From Candidatus Latescibacterota bacterium (lineage in GTDB: Bacteria; Latescibacterota; UBA2968; GCA-2709665), in contig CBDDDZ010000003.1 in assembly GCA_965226795.1 (NCBI GenBank), positions 160,001 to 224,000 of the forward strand: a stretch of DNA of 64,000 nucleotides, written 5' to 3'. A program made the translations under genes and the position numbers. Under the pieces are notes generated by a model. It worked only from the letters and a program-made list of their open reading frames with translations. It was not told where the DNA came from and searched no databases. Positions 1 to 10,172 of the stretch are shown here, piece by piece. Within the stretch, counting starts at the first letter, position 1. Each line of letters begins with the position of its first letter.

Positions 1-2416
1 ATTTGCAAGTGGATTGAGCCTATTGTCGGTCGTGACGCTTCGTCGGTGGCGCCGTACGACCTGGTTCAGGAGATCATCTTCGACCGTACGCTCCAGAAGT
101 ATTCGAAAATCAGTGCAAATCCCCTGCGCCTGAATCCGGTAAGCATTGGCGCCGCCCGTTTCCCCGGCCTTTCTGGCTTCAACAAGACGATCCAAAAGGA
201 TATTGTTGCCCTTCCTGGTGTTGACATTCCAGACAGCGTCATCCGCCGGGTGGCCTGCGACCCCCGAAAAGGATTCAATGCAGCACTGCTGTAGATGTCG
301 CTTCTTCCAAACGTCGCCGACCTTCTTTGCGGCATCCTCCGTCGCGCCATAGAGAGAAAGCCGGTGTGTGAACACCAGGACCTGACGGCTCTGCGCCAGC
401 TTTGCAAGTCGTTTCGCCACCTGCCACTCGAAGTCTTGATCCAGCGAAGAAATCGGGTCATCGAAAATAAAGGGTGAGGCGTGGGGTTTTTCTGCGACAT
501 CGGCCAGAAACGCCGCCAGAGAGACAATGCGGCGCTCTCCTTCGCTCAGGACCGATTCCGGAATGTCTCGCTGGCCCATGGTGACACCCCTGAGACGCAA
601 CCGGTGAAGCGCTTCCCCTTTCTTTGTTCGAGATTTAATTAGCTCGACCTTGATTTGCGATGCGCCAAGCGTCTTAAGTTCCCGGTTGAAACGATCCACA
701 TACGCCTGCGTGATTACCTGCTCGGTAATTTCCGCAGCTTTCAAGGAAATATTGCGTGAGTTCGCCAACCGCTCCCATTTCTCATACTCCTTCACATCCT
801 TTAGACGAGCAATTTCACAATGGATTGCAATATCTTGCTGAGCTGACCAGCGCCGAGCCTCCAGATTCAGCTTGTCTTGGCGGGCCTCTTCCCGATCGAA
901 GTTTCTCGCATCCTCGTCATTTTGCAGCGCATCGCGCTCCAGTACTTCGGCGCGTTGCGCTATCTCGGACAAGAGTTTATCAGGTGGTTCTATGGCATTA
1001 GCCTCTGCATCTGTCTCGCCGTTACGGAGATCTTTGCAGGTCTTGCCTAATTTAGCCTAAAAGTTCCCAAGTTTCTCAGTCCAACCCTCTTCGCTCAGTC
1101 CTGCAGCTTCACACCGCGTGCGGATTTCCTCTTCATTCCATCTCTTCGGCAGGCTGAACAGCGCTGTCTTGTAGGCTTCTTCAGGCACATTGGCTTCGGT
1201 CTCCAATGCACCTTGGACAAATGCTTCAAAGTCACGCAAACGTTGCTGTGCCTCTTGGGTCAATTGCTGATGACACAATACGCACCGGTCACCGGTCCCC
1301 ATCCGCTGTAACGGGATAGTCTTGTCCTGGGTACGCCATTTGCGAATAAGCCCGTGCTGCCTGCCATAGCGCGTTCCATGTTACCGTCCCGATGCCGTCG
1401 AGTTTGGCGCTGCCTATTTGGGCAGCCTCGGCGGCAACCTTCCGTTTCCGCTGGGCCTCCACACGTGCATTCCGGAGGGCGTCCACTTGTTGCGTGCCAA
1501 CGGCGACCGCAGCGTTTCTCAACTGCGCTCCGAGTTCGTCGAGTTGGTTCTTTGTGCGCCGCTTCTTCTGCGCCAGCGTCGCCGGATCGGCGACACTGAG
1601 GCGTTCGGCCAGTTGACTCAGCGCATCTTTGTCATCCTCCCCCCATTGCGTAAGGCGCTGGATCGCTTGGTCGCTGAGATCGTAGTTCAACGTGGTATAG
1701 GCGTTTCCAGCCGCGGTACCGCCATATCCTGGCGGCAGAGTGGGCAGTTTACTGACCAGAAGATCCTGCTTTTTTTGAAGTGTCTTTTTGACCTGGTCGC
1801 ATGCGTCCGCCAACACCTTGAACAAGATGACCGCCGGAGGTGTGTAGGAGACTTCAGACTCTTTGCTGAGATAGAAGGAGGCGGCATCCGCGTCAAAAAT
1901 GTCAACAGCTCTGATGTCGTCGACCGGTGCGCCGTCCGGATGCCATGTAACCGTCTGGGCCTTTTCTGCCAGTGTGTACTTGATCCTGCACTGCCGTGTC
2001 GCTGGCGGAGCTTGAAATACGTTGGGCTTAAGATCCGACGCGCGGGGCTTTCCGCATGCTCGCTTGAGAATGCGCGTGTAACCGGATTTCCCCGAACCGT
2101 TGGGTCCGTAGATCACCGCAAGATTTCCATCTCCAAAGACAAGAGGGTTGCCCGGACACAGATTCTCTATGCCGCAGATGTCGCCAATCTCAATGAGCCG
2201 AAGCTCGCCTGCTGTGGAAGGTGATCCGGTAAGGCCGTCGAAAGTGTGGTGTGTGGTTAGCTGCCGACCGGCCGGAGTTTTGAGATGTGCGGTAATGGTA
2301 TCGATGTCGAAGTCTGTTAGCCGCCCCGACAACAGCAGTTTCTCGCCCGCTTCCTGAAGCCAATCCTGCTGTTGGTGAAGCCAATCACGAATGTCCTTAT
2401 TCACATCAACCATCAA
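1..2416 (-). pseudogene. RloC/Rad50-like ABC ATPase (AAA_13-type) with zinc hook, disrupted; 3' end runs off the window
   Basis: Walker A GPNGSGKS in ORF 1289..2416 and CVLC zinc hook in ORF 1057..1302. Manual translation past TAG 1057-1059 stays open to base 1 and gives ABC signature LSEGE, Walker B/D-loop FIFDDPISSLD, H-loop VLVFTHR and a helical tail FRILLERTVE. Broken by a 7-bp duplication (1284-1297) and the in-frame TAG. Confidence 0.8.
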
Positions 2417-3659
2417 AAAACTCTTCCGATGTGATAAACCTCACGCGACCGGTGAGGAGTTGCTGCATCACGCCTTGCTTGATGGCGCGGGTTTTGTCTC
2501 GGCGCTGCACAAGCGAGGCGATCTCGGCATCCATGTCGGAAAGTACGTTGGCGATGGCTCGTTGTTCAGAGTAGGTGGGGACAGACAGTTCGATTGACGC
2601 CACATCACGCTTACCGATTTCCAAAAAAGTCGACCCTATTGCCCGCTCTATGATTTGTGGCTTGAGTGTCAAGAGTAGGTAATACAGAAACTCATTGGAT
2701 ACATTGTCCTTGCAGACGAGCGACTTGAAGCCTTGGTTTGTGCATACTGGCGATGTAGCAATCTTGATCTCTCCGATGGTTGCGCGGCTGCATAGGAAAA
2801 GCGCACCAACAGGAAGCAGGCTTACCGCGCAACTGCCCAAGCCCGCCGCAGTGACACTCCTCACCGTCGCAAGGAGATACTTCCGCGGCGTGGCTGTGAT
2901 GTCGGTCGGTGTACACCACGGAATCGGCCCGTTCCAATAGGCACCAATTTGAGTACTTGGCGTTGCTCCGTTTTCAATATCTGCAACTTCCCCGAGAGTT
3001 GTCGTTTCCCACTCACCCCTGAACCCTGGCAGACGTGTCTTACCGCTGAGTAGCTGCTGTATGGCGGCCTGCTTGATGGACCGCTTCTTGGCGATCAGCG
3101 ACTCCAACCCCGCAAGCATCCCATCCATATCCGACAACGCCTCGGCGATGGCGCGTTGTTCAGCAGGGGATGGCGGCGGTATCCGGACAACCCTGAGTGC
3201 CTGTTTCGATATTCCGAAGACCTTTAGACCTGTGGCGAGACGACGCAATTGCACCTTTACGGGTTCGTTTTCTAGGAGGTATCCACGATAGCCATCATGG
3301 ACTCGCCGGTTCTTTGATCTCAATAGGAGAGTATGCAACCCTGAAACCGCTTCAGTAGTGCCAAGATTTCGAACTTCCACGCTTTTACCAACACCGGCTT
3401 CGTCTTCGGAGGCATCCGCGACAATTAGATCGCCATCAAGAAGCCGGGCGGCTGTAACGCTCTCGCCGGCCATAAGACGCGGTACATTATCGCGAGAGAA
3501 GTCAATGAAGTGGTTAAAACGTATATGCAGGTCGCCGTAGTGTACATAGGCGACAATACCCGAGTCGCCGAGATCGGCTCTCGAATTGGAGGCTGTACGC
3601 AGGAAATCAAAGAGCTCGCCAACGGTAAATACGTACCAATCAGTTGGAATCACCCCCAC
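2406..3659 (-). CDS. hsdS: Type I restriction-modification specificity subunit (true start uncertain)
   Basis: Two variable TRDs, each followed by a conserved spacer (PSPAEQRAIAEALSDMD; PTYSEQRAIANVLSDMD); QQLLSGK/QQLLTGR motifs; N-terminal PGYKWTDVGVIPTDW begins in frame upstream of the GTG. Confidence 0.92.
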   Translation of the reverse strand: MGVIPTDWYVFTVGELFDFLRTASNSRADLGDSGIVAYVHYGDLHIRFNHFIDFSRDNVPRLMAGESVTAARLLDGDLIVADASEDEAGVGKSVEVRNLGTTEAVSGLHTLLLRSKNRRVHDGYRGYLLENEPVKVQLRRLATGLKVFGISKQALRVVRIPPPSPAEQRAIAEALSDMDGMLAGLESLIAKKRSIKQAAIQQLLSGKTRLPGFRGEWETTTLGEVADIENGATPSTQIGAYWNGPIPWCTPTDITATPRKYLLATVRSVTAAGLGSCAVSLLPVGALFLCSRATIGEIKIATSPVCTNQGFKSLVCKDNVSNEFLYYLLLTLKPQIIERAIGSTFLEIGKRDVASIELSVPTYSEQRAIANVLSDMDAEIASLVQRRDKTRAIKQGVMQQLLTGRVRFITSEEFFDG

Positions 3660-3754
3660 GTCAGTCCACTTGTAACCCGGCGATATATTCTGTGATAGGG
3701 CGTGTGCTGGTCTGGGTGGGTTGGCCTTTATTCCCCGGTCCTTGATAACTCATG

Positions 3755-3794
3755 TCTTATCGCCCTCAATCCTTTCTTATCGCCCTCAATCCTT
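3755..3794. repeat. Perfect 20-bp tandem direct repeat (TCTTATCGCCCTCAATCCTT x2)
   Basis: Read directly at 3755-3774 and 3775-3794, just upstream of hsdS. Confidence 0.95.
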
Positions 3795-3863
3795 GGCCTG
3801 AACAAGTCTGCGACCCTCAGCGTAAAATCACCCGAAAGTAGCCTGCCGCCAGCTCAAACTGGA

Positions 3864-4709
3864 CTATCCCTGGCACAATTCAGCTATCATCGCCGCATTT
3901 TCCCCAAGTTGATCGTTGAATTTCTGATACATCCCCACCAGAAGGATATCGCTGGTTTTTATATTTTTGAGAGTAAAGGCGAATTCTTCGCGAATTTGAT
4001 TCCTGGAACCAATAGTGCGTCCAGCCGCGAGGACTTTGAAAGCGATACAGGGTTTGCCGGTGCTTTTTATAATCCGACACATACGGTCGCGATGTTCGCG
4101 GAGATAGATTTCACCGAGGGGCGGATAACCGAATTTTCGTTCGAATTCCTCCCGTGCGCCCTCCAGATAATACAGGGCGGTCATGTAATAGTCGATATCC
4201 CAGTCTTCTTCTTCGGCAATATCGATGAGACGGGGATTGTGCACCGATAGCCCCACCATAACGCCGGTGTTACGAATGCGCTTGAGAATATCCCGAAGAT
4301 GTTCGAGGCGATTCTCCTGAAGACATCGCCCTGCAACGCCACTTCCGTGGGGCGCCATACCAATGGGATTATGTTTGGCGGCTTCGTCGATCAGTGAGGG
4401 ATCGTCATACCAGGATCCACCTCGACTGAGACAGAAGTAATGAATCGCACCTCCCTCACCGCGGAATCGCTGAAGATCGGCGGCCGATCGTTCGGTAAGG
4501 GTATTTTGCCATGCGTTTATGCCCACTTCTTCTGCGCGCCGCAGGGTCGCGATAACCTGATCGGATGTATTGGCTTCTTTCTGATGTCCTGAGAGCAACT
4601 GATTAAAATGTGAATATCCATAGATCGGATTGTCGCCCATAATGAGCCGGCTGATCTGATATTGTCCGAACCGAACGGTAGGAAGATTGATCGCATTTAA
4701 TGCGGACAA
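3864..4709 (-). CDS. Aldo/keto-reductase-fold hypothetical oxidoreductase
   Basis: 281-aa ORF; N-terminal LPTVRFGQYQISRLIMG and KPCIAFKVLAAGR resemble AKR-like barrels. Confidence 0.6.
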   Translation of the reverse strand: MSALNAINLPTVRFGQYQISRLIMGDNPIYGYSHFNQLLSGHQKEANTSDQVIATLRRAEEVGINAWQNTLTERSAADLQRFRGEGGAIHYFCLSRGGSWYDDPSLIDEAAKHNPIGMAPHGSGVAGRCLQENRLEHLRDILKRIRNTGVMVGLSVHNPRLIDIAEEEDWDIDYYMTALYYLEGAREEFERKFGYPPLGEIYLREHRDRMCRIIKSTGKPCIAFKVLAAGRTIGSRNQIREEFAFTLKNIKTSDILLVGMYQKFNDQLGENAAMIAELCQG

Positions 4710-5013
4710 ACTGTCTCTCCTCTGTCCTGCTTACAGCGATAGCCCCATCTTCTTCAGGCGGCTCTCAACCTTGGCGTTGTATACATCACATCCTTGCCAA
4801 AGCGATGAATAGAGTTGGGATTTCTTCAAAGCCATTTTTCAGTCCTTACCGAGGGTGGCGGACCACTCATCAATGTGGGACCCATATATAGGTACCTCGA
4901 AATACACACCATACACACTGCGAAGCCAATTTCGCTACGGAATCCGACCGAGCCCCCATACGACGCGGTTCTCAATCCGGACCGCATAGCTCAAGCGATA
5001 CCTGGCAACCCCC

Positions 5014-6081
5014 TCAATCAAAAACCAGTACCGTTCGCGCCACCTTCCCCATGACCATATCTTCGAAAGCCTCGTTGATCTCGTCCAGCGGTCGATAGCG
5101 GGAAATCAACTCGTCCAACTTGACCTTTCCCTGCCGATAAAGATCCAGAATCCACAGGAAGTCTACACGGGCGCGGGCAGCGCCATGCCACGAGCCCATA
5201 ACGGCGCGGTCCTTTAACAGGCTGTCGCCGTCAACGGAAATATCCTGCCCGGTCGGCTGTACCCCCACCACAACCGCGGTTCCACTGGTGCGGACCGATG
5301 CAAACGCCTGCCGGACCAGCGCTGGAAATCCAACGACCTCAAAGGCATAGTCCGCGCCGCCCCCTGTTATCTCCACAATTCGCTGTACTGGATCTTCCGT
5401 ATTCGCATTGACGAAATGCGTGGCGCCGAACTGTTCCGCCAACTCCAGTTTATACGGCACCTTGTCCACGGCGATTATCTTCCCTGCGGATGCGAGTACA
5501 CCCCCCTGGATAACATTGAGGCCGACCCCGCCGCAACCGAACACGGCCATTGTGGCGCCAGCCTCCACCCTTGCGCGATTCACCACGGCGCCGATACCGG
5601 TGACGACGGCGCAACTGATAAGACACGCTTTGCGAAGATCCGTGTCATCCGGAACCTTCACACACGCATCCGCCAATACAACCGACTGCTCCGTGTATGT
5701 GGGCCGGCCGTGGTAATACGTGGTCCCATTCCTGGATATGCGACTCGGCAACCCCCCCTGATGGGTTTCGCAAAGCGCCGGGCTGCCCTGGCTGCAATTC
5801 CGGCAATGGCCGCACATCGCATCGAGAGAGAGAATAATCTTGTCGCCGCCGCGAACACTGCTCACGCCAGGGCCGACTTCACGGACGATCCCCGCGCCCT
5901 CGTGTCCCATAACCCAGGGGAGTGCGCGTGGCAGAACGTGCCCGTCCACAAAATGATAGTCGCTGTGACAAACGCCCGCTCCCACAATATCCAGAAGCAC
6001 TTCTCCCGCGCGAGGAGATGCGATGTCGACATCTTCGACGGAGACACGGGTCAGCGGTTTGTGGAGAATGGCTGCTTTCAT
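5014..6081 (-). CDS. Zn-dependent alcohol dehydrogenase (MDR superfamily)
   Basis: GVCHSD, GHEGAG, structural Zn CGHCRNC..C, Rossmann GCGGVG. Confidence 0.93.
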   Translation of the reverse strand: MKAAILHKPLTRVSVEDVDIASPRAGEVLLDIVGAGVCHSDYHFVDGHVLPRALPWVMGHEGAGIVREVGPGVSSVRGGDKIILSLDAMCGHCRNCSQGSPALCETHQGGLPSRISRNGTTYYHGRPTYTEQSVVLADACVKVPDDTDLRKACLISCAVVTGIGAVVNRARVEAGATMAVFGCGGVGLNVIQGGVLASAGKIIAVDKVPYKLELAEQFGATHFVNANTEDPVQRIVEITGGGADYAFEVVGFPALVRQAFASVRTSGTAVVVGVQPTGQDISVDGDSLLKDRAVMGSWHGAARARVDFLWILDLYRQGKVKLDELISRYRPLDEINEAFEDMVMGKVARTVLVFD

Positions 6082-6189
6082 TTCTGCCTCCTGTCGTCAA
6101 GGCGCGTCGGTATGGAAGGCACGCACGTGGATTGATGATTGCGCCGCCGGGACGAGCGCTTCCTGTCACGCTCCACGGACGTTGTTTTC

Positions 6190-6762
6190 TCACCCATCCT
6201 CGATACCGAGTCGGGCGAAGATGTCCGACCATCGTTTCGCGTGACTGTCGTGGGTATGAAGCGGCCGGAAACCGGCGGTGAGATAGCTCCTGATGGCCGC
6301 GATACGCCAGTCGTCGGTGAGCAGGTGGACCTGGCGATAACCCAGATCTTTGAGTCGGTGAAGCACGGCTGCGTTGACCAGGTGGCCCAGGCCTTTGCCC
6401 CGTTGGTTTTCAAGCACGGCAACCATGTGCACTTCCCCCACGATGCGTTCGGTCAGATCCCGGCTCCAGGCGCATGCGGATCCGACCGGTCGGGAATCAA
6501 TGGTGGCGAAAAATAGGCTTTCCGGGTGGAAGCGGGGATCGTTAACGAGTTTCTTGCGGCATGTTTCGGGAGTCCAATCCCGCCCCACGTTGCCCTCCAT
6601 TATCGCGCACCACGCGGCTTCGTCGCCTGAGCGATAGGTACGCAGTCCATACCCGTCGGGGATGCGAATTGCGGGCAGGTCTTTCAGCGTGTCCCTCAGC
6701 ATTTCCAGTTGGGGCAGGGGCGGCGCTTTGGTGTTCAATTTCGACAGAAGTCGGTGAAGCAT
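6190..6762 (-). CDS. GNAT family N-acetyltransferase
   Basis: Motif A VAVLENQRGKGLG; C-terminal AIRSYLTAGF. Confidence 0.85.
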   Translation of the reverse strand: MLHRLLSKLNTKAPPLPQLEMLRDTLKDLPAIRIPDGYGLRTYRSGDEAAWCAIMEGNVGRDWTPETCRKKLVNDPRFHPESLFFATIDSRPVGSACAWSRDLTERIVGEVHMVAVLENQRGKGLGHLVNAAVLHRLKDLGYRQVHLLTDDWRIAAIRSYLTAGFRPLHTHDSHAKRWSDIFARLGIEDG

Positions 6763-6956
6763 GGCTTATTTCTCGTCAGAATCTCGAGGCTGGCGCCGGC
6801 GGGATTGTCCCCGTTACGCGGCCTGGCGGCGAATGTGTTGAATCTCTCCCGACGCCCTGAATTTCCTCGCTTCGTTGATAAACGACACCCGGAGGTTGCC
6901 GCTGACGAATACTCGATTAGGAAATCCCGGTCCGATTATGACGCGCAATGATCGAC

Positions 6957-6985
6957 AATATGAGCGACATCGCAGTCAGTGTCAA
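6957..6985 (-). promoter_or_regulatory. Putative sigma70 promoter for the GNAT/ADH genes
   Basis: Minus strand TTGACA-N17-CATATT, divergent from the nuo promoter. Confidence 0.45.
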
Positions 6986-7111
6986 CGGATAATCCTTCAT
7001 TCGAGTCGTGAAATACTGGCCCGATTTCGCGCCTTCCGGGATTGAATATCGCTCCGTACCGGACCATGGAATCGCACGCTGAACGAGACGTATTAATTCT
7101 TCGGTAATGGC

Positions 7112-7140
7112 TTGACTTTTAATAATCCTTGTGATATACT
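7112..7140 (+). promoter_or_regulatory. Putative sigma70 promoter of the nuo operon
   Basis: TTGACT-N17-TATACT with an extended -10 TG, in an AT-rich patch. Confidence 0.7.
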
Positions 7141-7389
7141 ATCACCGCCGAAAAGCGGGTCGTTCGGAATATATGCTATTCCTAAGGTTTGTTTTCAAAG
7201 AAGCTTCTCTAAAATTCCTGGTGCGTTCCCGAGCGCGAGCGAAAATGAGTCGGTCCAGGCGGGCGAATCCACCCATAATTAGAGATATCGGTGGATTTGA
7301 CCAACGCAGACCGACGCTTTTGCAGCCGCGCGAAGACCGCCGGGGGTTTTAAAACAGCTTCTATGCCCGTGGGGAGGTCCTGGGACAAG

Positions 7390-7755
7390 ATGCTGGTCGA
7401 CTATCTTCCGATTGTTATTCTGATGGCGTTAGCCGTCGGATTTGCGGCCGTCAGTTTAATTTTAACGCATCTGTTCGGACCCCATCGTCCCAATCCGGTC
7501 AAATTATCGCCATACGAATCGGGTGTGCCTCCCATAGGTGATGCCAGGCTGCGCTTTTCCGTCAAGTTTTATGTTGTGGCGATGCTTTTCATTGTGTTCG
7601 ATATTGAAGTCGTGTTCTTATTCCCCTGGGCCGTTGTCTTTAAGGATTTGCTGGCCCAGGGGAGCTTTATTTTTACGGAAATGGTGGTGTTCCTCGGCGT
7701 TCTGGTTCTGGGGCTTGCGTACGTCTGGCGGAAGGGCGGGTTGGATTGGGACTGA
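7390..7755 (+). CDS. nuoA: NADH:quinone oxidoreductase subunit A
   Basis: KLSPYESG, FYVVAMLFIVFDIEVVFLFPWA, KGGLDWD; ATG 7390 after GGAGG. Confidence 0.96.
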   Translation: MLVDYLPIVILMALAVGFAAVSLILTHLFGPHRPNPVKLSPYESGVPPIGDARLRFSVKFYVVAMLFIVFDIEVVFLFPWAVVFKDLLAQGSFIFTEMVVFLGVLVLGLAYVWRKGGLDWD

Positions 7756-7838
7756 GGACGGTCGCCACGATACTCCTGATCGGACGGACGGCGCGTCCGA
7801 TGAATCGGACAATTAACGACTAACGATCGGGCAAACGC

Positions 7839-9611
7839 ATGTCCCCGGAAAAGAAAAACGGGTCACCGGTGGCTGACGCGACTGTCGGGAACGTGACATC
7901 GAGAAAGCTGGAGGAACGTTTCGGGGAAAACGTTCTCGAGGTTTCCGAATTTTTCGGCGATTGGACGGCCGTCTGTGAAGCAGACCGGGTTTCGGATATT
8001 CTGGCGTTTTTGCGGGACGAGCCGGAACTGGCTTACGACCGGCTGTCGGATGTAACGGCGGTCGACTATTCCGAGTACCCGGGACGGCAGCCGGGAGCCC
8101 GGTTCAATGTGGTCTACCACCTGTACTCCCACCCGCACAACCACCGCTTCCGGATCCGGGCGAAGGTGGACGAAGAAAGGTGCAGCATCCCATCCGCGTG
8201 CGGGCTGTGGAAAGGAGCCGAATGGCCGGAGCGGGAAGTATACGATATGTTCGGCATCCGGTTCGAGGGACATCCGGATTTACGGCGCATATTGATGCCG
8301 GTGAATTTTCGAGACTACCCGATGAGGAAGGATTACCCGCTCAACGGACGGGGAGAGCGGGATGTCATCGCGCCGGAGGATCCCGGATTTGAGGGCAATC
8401 CTTTCGCGGGCGAAGATGTCCAGGACGACGATCCACTGGCTTCGGAGCGGATGATCCTGAATCTGGGGCCTCAGCATCCGGCAACCCATGGAACCCTGCG
8501 GCTCACGCTCGAATTGGATGGGGAGCGCATCACCAGGTGTCTTCCGGACATAGGATACCTGCACACCGGCTTTGAAAAACTGGGGGAACACCAAACCTAT
8601 AATCAGTGGGTCACGGTGACCGACCGGATGAACTATCTGTCGCCGTTGTGCAACAACATCGGTTATGCGATGACGGTGGAAAAACTGATGGGCCTGGAGA
8701 TCCCCCCTCGCGCCACGTGTATCCGTGTGGTTCTTTTTGAACTGTCGCGCATTGCTGACCATATGGTCTGGCTGGGCACGCACGCACTGGATATCGGCGC
8801 GATGACGGTGTTCCTGTACACCTTTGAACAACGTGAACGCCTGTACAATATTTTCGAGGCCGTCACCGGCACGCGATTGACCACGAGTTATACGCGGGTC
8901 GGCGGGTTGGGGTGGGATGTGCCGGACAACTTTCACGAACTGGTAACGGATTTCACCGCGCAATTCCCCAGGGCGGTCTGGGAGGTGGACAGGCTGCTGA
9001 CCCGAAACAGGATCTGGATTGACCGCACCAAGGGCATTGGCGTGATTTCGGCCGAAGACGCGATTGCATGGAACCTGACGGGACCGATGGCGCGCGGGTC
9101 CGGCGTGAACTACGATTTGCGGAAGGCCGAACCCTATATGGGTTACGAGAATTTTGATTTTGAGATTCCCGTGGGTGAAAAGGGCGATGTCTACGACCGG
9201 TACCTGGTCCGAATGGAGGAGATGAATCAGAGCATCCGGATTATCGAACAGGCGGTGAACAATCTGCCCCAGGGCACTGTAAAGGTCGATGACGCCAAGG
9301 TTATACTACCGGAGAAGGACGACGTATACACCGGCATGGAAGAGTTGATCCACCACTTCAAAGTAACGATGGACCACCATGGTATTACGCCGCCCCCCGG
9401 AGAAATCTACCTGGCTACGGAGGGTCCCAACGGGGAATTGGGCTTTTATATAGTCAGCGACGGGAGCGGGTCGGCTTACCGGCTGAGGGTACGGCCCCCG
9501 TCGTTTATGAATTATCAGTGTTTCCCGCAATTGGCGCACGGACATATGCTGGCCGACGTGGTGGCCATTCTGGGAAGCATAAATGTAATTGCGGGCGAGT
9601 TGGATCGATAG
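7839..9611 (+). CDS. nuoCD: NADH:quinone oxidoreductase fused subunit C/D
   Basis: NuoC EREVYDMFGIRFEGHPDLRRIL, then NuoD GPQHPATHG, GYLHTGFEK and C-terminal GELDR; no NiFe CxxC motifs. Confidence 0.96.
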   Translation: MSPEKKNGSPVADATVGNVTSRKLEERFGENVLEVSEFFGDWTAVCEADRVSDILAFLRDEPELAYDRLSDVTAVDYSEYPGRQPGARFNVVYHLYSHPHNHRFRIRAKVDEERCSIPSACGLWKGAEWPEREVYDMFGIRFEGHPDLRRILMPVNFRDYPMRKDYPLNGRGERDVIAPEDPGFEGNPFAGEDVQDDDPLASERMILNLGPQHPATHGTLRLTLELDGERITRCLPDIGYLHTGFEKLGEHQTYNQWVTVTDRMNYLSPLCNNIGYAMTVEKLMGLEIPPRATCIRVVLFELSRIADHMVWLGTHALDIGAMTVFLYTFEQRERLYNIFEAVTGTRLTTSYTRVGGLGWDVPDNFHELVTDFTAQFPRAVWEVDRLLTRNRIWIDRTKGIGVISAEDAIAWNLTGPMARGSGVNYDLRKAEPYMGYENFDFEIPVGEKGDVYDRYLVRMEEMNQSIRIIEQAVNNLPQGTVKVDDAKVILPEKDDVYTGMEELIHHFKVTMDHHGITPPPGEIYLATEGPNGELGFYIVSDGSGSAYRLRVRPPSFMNYQCFPQLAHGHMLADVVAILGSINVIAGELDR

Positions 9612-9671
9612 GTGTCGTCATCGCACGGCCGTCGGCCATTTGCAGTCTCACGTACCAGGAAACCCGAAAAT

Positions 9672-10151
9672 ATGGCGACCGCGCTTTCTGAACAGACGCG
9701 AAAGAAGTGCGAGGAGATTCTCACGCACTACCCACCGGAATGGCGCAAGGCGGCAATCCTTCCAGTTCTGCATCTGGCTCAAAAAGAGTGGGGGTACATC
9801 TCGCTCGAAGGATTGAGGTGCGTCGCGGACATGCTGGATATTCCGCCCGCCCATGCCGCCGGCGTGATGAGTTTCTATCCGATGTTCCACAAAGCGCCCG
9901 TGGGCAAGTATGTCATCCATGTATGTGGTACGCTTTCCTGCGCGCTTTGCGGGGCCGGAGAACTTACGAAATACCTGAAGGAGAAATTGAATATCGACGT
10001 GGGCGAAACCACCGAGGACGGACGGTTCACACTGGCCAAGGTGGAGTGCATCGCCGCCTGCGAGGGCGCGCCGGCGATTCTGATTAACGAGGAACTGCAT
10101 CGTTGCGTGACGCGTGAGAAGCTGGACCGGCTGCTGGACCGGTCCGCATGA
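9672..10151 (+). CDS. nuoE: NADH:quinone oxidoreductase subunit E
   Basis: 2Fe-2S ligands CGTLSC...CIAAC; SFYPMF motif. Confidence 0.94.
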   Translation: MATALSEQTRKKCEEILTHYPPEWRKAAILPVLHLAQKEWGYISLEGLRCVADMLDIPPAHAAGVMSFYPMFHKAPVGKYVIHVCGTLSCALCGAGELTKYLKEKLNIDVGETTEDGRFTLAKVECIAACEGAPAILINEELHRCVTREKLDRLLDRSA

Positions 10152-10172
10152 AATAAACCATATTGATCTGGT

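Noticed and set aside
46..294. Plus-strand 82-aa ORF and other short ORFs in 1-1060
   Set aside because: They are antisense or off-frame to the ABC ATPase C-terminal half, which has clear motifs on the minus strand
1057..1059. In-frame TAG as pyrrolysine or recoded stop
   Set aside because: The same gene has an independent frameshift, and TAG ends normal genes in the window (e.g. nuoCD, atpA), so a nonsense mutation is simpler
7839..9611. Group 4 NiFe hydrogenase (MBH/Ech) large subunit, suggested by the Mbh-like cassette
   Set aside because: No N- or C-terminal CxxC Ni ligands; the quinone-site His/Tyr motifs of NuoD are present
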